NCBI GenBank assembly: GCA_963715985.1
Contig: CAVQSP010000013.1
Span: 96,001 to 160,000, forward strand
Source: an uncultured Thermoleophilia bacterium
GTDB lineage: Bacteria > Actinomycetota > Thermoleophilia > UBA2241
Direction of reading: 5' to 3'
DNA length: 64,000 nt
The position numbers and the translations under genes are program-made. The notes under the pieces were generated by a model that saw only the letters and a list, made by a program, of their open reading frames with translations, was not told the DNA's origin and did no database searches. Shown here one piece after another: positions 61,464 through 64,000 of the stretch; the first letter of the stretch is position 1, and the number at the start of each line of letters is the position of its first letter.

Positions 61464-62413
61464 GGCCAGGCGGCGCGCAGCGCCGCCGCAGCCGTTGCCG
61501 GGTCGGCGGCCACGAGCGCGATGTCCGTGCCCAGCTCGAAGCCGGCGATGCCGGACAGGCGCGGCGCCACCTCGAGATGCCAGTGGAAGGGGCCGCGCAG
61601 CTCGGCCGGGGCCGTGTGCAGCCAGAAGTTGAGGGGCGCGCCGCCCGTCGCGGTGTGCACCGCGACCAGGGCGCGCCCCAGCGCGGCGGCCAGCGGCGCG
61701 AGGTCCGCGTCGCGCACGTCGGCCTCGTGCACCCGCGGCGCCAGCCAGAGCTCGTGCGAGAAGCGCATCGCCGCCGGCACCCACGCGGCCACCTCGCCAC
61801 CGTGCACCAGCCGCGCTCCTGCGGTCTCCAGTTCGTTGCACAGCACGCAGCCGCCATAGCGGTTGCGGAAGCGCTCGAACTCCGCCAGCTCGTCGAGCAG
61901 CAAGGGCGGTACCACCGGCGTCGCGAACAGCTGCGCGTGCGGGTGGGGCTGTGAGGCACCGGCACCGGCACCGCGGTTGTAGATGAGCGTGGCCGCGGCG
62001 GCGCCGTCCGCGAGTTGCCAGGCGATGCGCCGCCGCCACATCTCGAGCACCTCGAGCAGCGAGGCTTCGTCGAGGTCCTCGACCTCCACGTCGTGCCCCG
62101 GAGAGTGCACGACGACCTCGTGCCGGCCGGCGAGCGCGGGATACTTGTTGGGGACCACCCGTATGCGCCAGCCGGGAGAGTCCGCCGGGCCACCGCCCGG
62201 GCGCACGGCGTCCACCTCGGGCGGGGTCAGCCCCTCGTTGCCGGCGCAGAACGGGCACGGCTGGGCTGCCGCCGGGGCGGCACCTGCAGCCTGCGTCCGC
62301 CTCGCTCGCGCCGGCGCGTCGATGGCCAGCTTGCCGTTGACGGGGTTGCGGCTGAGGTGGCCGCCGGGCGCCCCGGGATCGTCTCCGGGCGGGCGTTCTT
62401 CTCGACCTGTCAC
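61454..62413 (-). CDS. galT: Galactose-1-phosphate uridylyltransferase family (HIT-type)
   Basis: CPFCAGNE, RVVPNKYPAL, AGASQPHPHAQ, FHWHLE, GFELGT. Confidence 0.8.
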   Translation of the reverse strand: MTGREERPPGDDPGAPGGHLSRNPVNGKLAIDAPARARRTQAAGAAPAAAQPCPFCAGNEGLTPPEVDAVRPGGGPADSPGWRIRVVPNKYPALAGRHEVVVHSPGHDVEVEDLDEASLLEVLEMWRRRIAWQLADGAAAATLIYNRGAGAGASQPHPHAQLFATPVVPPLLLDELAEFERFRNRYGGCVLCNELETAGARLVHGGEVAAWVPAAMRFSHELWLAPRVHEADVRDADLAPLAAALGRALVAVHTATGGAPLNFWLHTAPAELRGPFHWHLEVAPRLSGIAGFELGTDIALVAADPATAAAALRAAWPQA

Positions 62414-62461
62414 GTCACCGTCCTCGCTCGCGCTGCCTCGCGGCCCCGTCGGGGGCAGAGG

Positions 62462-63193
62462 CTACTCCGAGTCGAGCGAGGCGTCGAGCACGGCCCCTTC
62501 GTCCTGATCCCTGGAGCGATAGAGCTGCCGCGCGTCCCGGAGCTTCTCGTACCCGTCGTCGAGGACGGCGCCCATGTCCCGCCAGAGACAGACGTCCTGC
62601 TTGAGATGCTTGGCCTTGATCTCCACGGTGCACTCGTCGGCCAGCGGGCAGGCGAAGCACACCTCGTTCTCCACGGTCGTCACCGCCTTCTTGCAGTGCT
62701 CTCCCTCGTCGATGCGGCGGTAGGCGTCGAGCAGCAACTCCTGGACGTCGCCCTGGATGGTGATCTGGAACTGCGGCATCTGCTCGGGCTCTTCGTAGAG
62801 GAACACGCCGTTGCGCCAGTGCGCCAGCTCGAACACCTGGTCCAGCGTCTGTCTGGCCATGACTTCGCGCACGCGCTCCACGCTGGTGTAGCCGGCCTCG
62901 ATGAGCCGCTGGCCGAGCGGTGCGAGCTTGCGCTGCTCGCGGGAGAGCGCCGAGTCCTCGATGAGCGCCTGGGCGAGCTGCTGGTCGCTGAGGCAGCCGG
63001 CCTTGACCAGGCGGGTGCCGAGCTTCTCGTCGGTGATGGGCAGCGAGATGGCCTCCACGCGCCCGTGCACCAGGTAGATGAAGCCGTACTCCTCGAAGTC
63101 GCGCACCTCCAGCACGCCGGTGGCGGTGCTCTGCGCGAGGAACTGCAAAACGCTCGCGAGATTGAACTTGTTGATGGATCCCTGGAGGAGCAT
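62462..63193 (-). CDS. DUF4388 (PATAN-like) protein with MshEN-like motifs and Cys-rich C-terminus
   Basis: LQGSINKFNLASVLQFL...TGVLEV; KLGTRLVKAGCLSDQQLAQAL and PLGQRLIEAGY...MARQ; CFACPLADEC. Confidence 0.8.
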   Translation of the reverse strand: MLLQGSINKFNLASVLQFLAQSTATGVLEVRDFEEYGFIYLVHGRVEAISLPITDEKLGTRLVKAGCLSDQQLAQALIEDSALSREQRKLAPLGQRLIEAGYTSVERVREVMARQTLDQVFELAHWRNGVFLYEEPEQMPQFQITIQGDVQELLLDAYRRIDEGEHCKKAVTTVENEVCFACPLADECTVEIKAKHLKQDVCLWRDMGAVLDDGYEKLRDARQLYRSRDQDEGAVLDASLDSE

Positions 63194-63228
63194 GGCGTCG
63201 CCTCTCGGCGTACTCTGGCCCACTTCGC

Positions 63229-63256
63229 GTATCGGCAGGTGCAGGCAAAAGGTTAG
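63229..63256 (-). promoter_or_regulatory. sigma28/WhiG-type promoter CTAAC-N15-GCCGATAC
   Basis: Minus-strand match 35 nt upstream of the DUF4388 ATG. Confidence 0.65.
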
Positions 63257-63301
63257 GCGCGCGGAGCGGCCGGCGGCGCGGCGAAGGCCGGCCGGGGCAA
63301 A

Positions 63302-63331
63302 TTGACCCCGCCTCCGCCGCGAAGCTATACT
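63302..63331 (+). promoter_or_regulatory. Housekeeping sigma70/HrdB-type promoter TTGACC-N18-TATACT for the rpmH operon
   Basis: Near-consensus hexamers upstream of rpmH. Confidence 0.75.
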
Positions 63332-63367
63332 GCACGTTCTGAGTATCGACGATCATGCGAGGAAGCA

Positions 63368-63502
63368 GTGAAGAGGACCTATCAACCGAACACCCGCAAG
63401 CGCAGCAAGACCCACGGTTTTCGCAAGCGGATGAGCACGCGCGCGGGCAGGTTGGTCATCAAGAAGCGGCGGCAGAAGGGGCGCAAGCGCCTCTCCGCGT
63501 AA
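63368..63502 (+). CDS. rpmH: 50S ribosomal protein L34
   Basis: [44 protein letters not shown]. Confidence 0.97.
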   Translation: MKRTYQPNTRKRSKTHGFRKRMSTRAGRLVIKKRRQKGRKRLSA

Positions 63503-63512
63503 CCGCCGGCCC

Positions 63513-63899
63513 ATGGCCACCAAGCGCCCCCGCCTTTCGCGATCATCCGACTTCCAGCGCATCTACAGGCAGGGGACGTCGACGGCCTCCCGTTTCCTCG
63601 TGCTGTACTCGTTCAAGCGCCCGCCGGAGGGGGGCGCTGAGGGGCCGAGGCTCGGACTGTCGGTCTCGAAGAAGCTGGGTGGGGCCGTCGTCCGTAACCG
63701 TGTCAAGCGTCTGCTCCGCGAGGCTGTCCAAGGCTGCGCGGGGCGTCTGGTCGAGGAGTACGATCTCGTCGTGATCGCGCGTCCCCAGTTGCTGGACCTC
63801 ATCGCTCGCGAGAGCGCCGGGGAGAAGGGCCTCGTCGGCGACGCCGTGCGTGAGCTGCTCTCCCGTGCCGGCGCGCTGCGTGAGGCGGGCGCGTCATGA
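63513..63899 (+). CDS. rnpA: Ribonuclease P protein component
   Basis: [37 protein letters not shown]. Confidence 0.95.
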   Translation: MATKRPRLSRSSDFQRIYRQGTSTASRFLVLYSFKRPPEGGAEGPRLGLSVSKKLGGAVVRNRVKRLLREAVQGCAGRLVEEYDLVVIARPQLLDLIARESAGEKGLVGDAVRELLSRAGALREAGAS

Positions 63900-64000
63900 G
63901 GAGGATCCCGGCCATCGTGCTCGTCGCCCTCATCAGGGCGTACCAGTACGCCGTCTCGCCGCTGCTCGGGCCGCGCTGCAGGTACTACCCGTCGTGCTCC
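63896..64000 (+). CDS. yidD: Membrane protein insertion efficiency factor (partial)
   Basis: ATGA overlap; [24 protein letters not shown]. Confidence 0.92.
   Translation, partial: MRRIPAIVLVALIRAYQYAVSPLLGPRCRYYPSCS

Noticed and set aside
1-64000. Additional UGA-recoded selenoproteins
   Set aside because: The split ORFs I examined change frame rather than reading through an in-frame UGA; only selD qualifies. A systematic UGA/Cys scan was not possible by eye.
1-64000. CRISPR arrays, rRNA, intact IS or prophage, known riboswitches
   Set aside because: No regularly spaced repeats, transposase or phage genes, or recognisable riboswitch cores seen by eye; an Rfam scan of 44989-45285 and 51400-51650 would be needed to exclude ncRNAs.

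Overview
High-GC bacterial chromosomal window. Gene content and leaderless TANNNT promoters suggest a deep-branching actinobacterium (Thermoleophilia-like; inference). Many genes carry single-base frameshifts, most likely long-read or consensus errors, so several CDS calls join two or three ORF-track frames. Contents: (i) a tandem family of secreted IPT/TIG Ig-like proteins and a PQQ-type beta-propeller; (ii) a complete selenocysteine machinery, with selD (in-frame UGA plus SECIS-like hairpin), a membrane protein, selA and selB, and tRNA-Sec 32 kb away followed by a decayed tyrosine integrase; (iii) five c-di-GMP turnover proteins in four transcription units, each preceded by a sigma28/WhiG-type promoter, two of them with a BldC-like HTH, GAF repeats, HD-GYP, a Cache-like insert and GGDEF; a DUF4388/MshEN-like putative c-di-GMP receptor has the same promoter; (iv) a catabolic cluster with FGGY kinase, class III aminotransferase, M20 deacylase, SDR, divergent GcvPA/PB without GcvT/H, COG3199 kinase, saccharopine-dehydrogenase-like protein and two orphan SBPs; (v) housekeeping genes ending in rpmH-rnpA-yidD with no divergent dnaA. 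The best candidate for a new system is the WhiG-like, c-di-GMP, BldC-fusion circuit.
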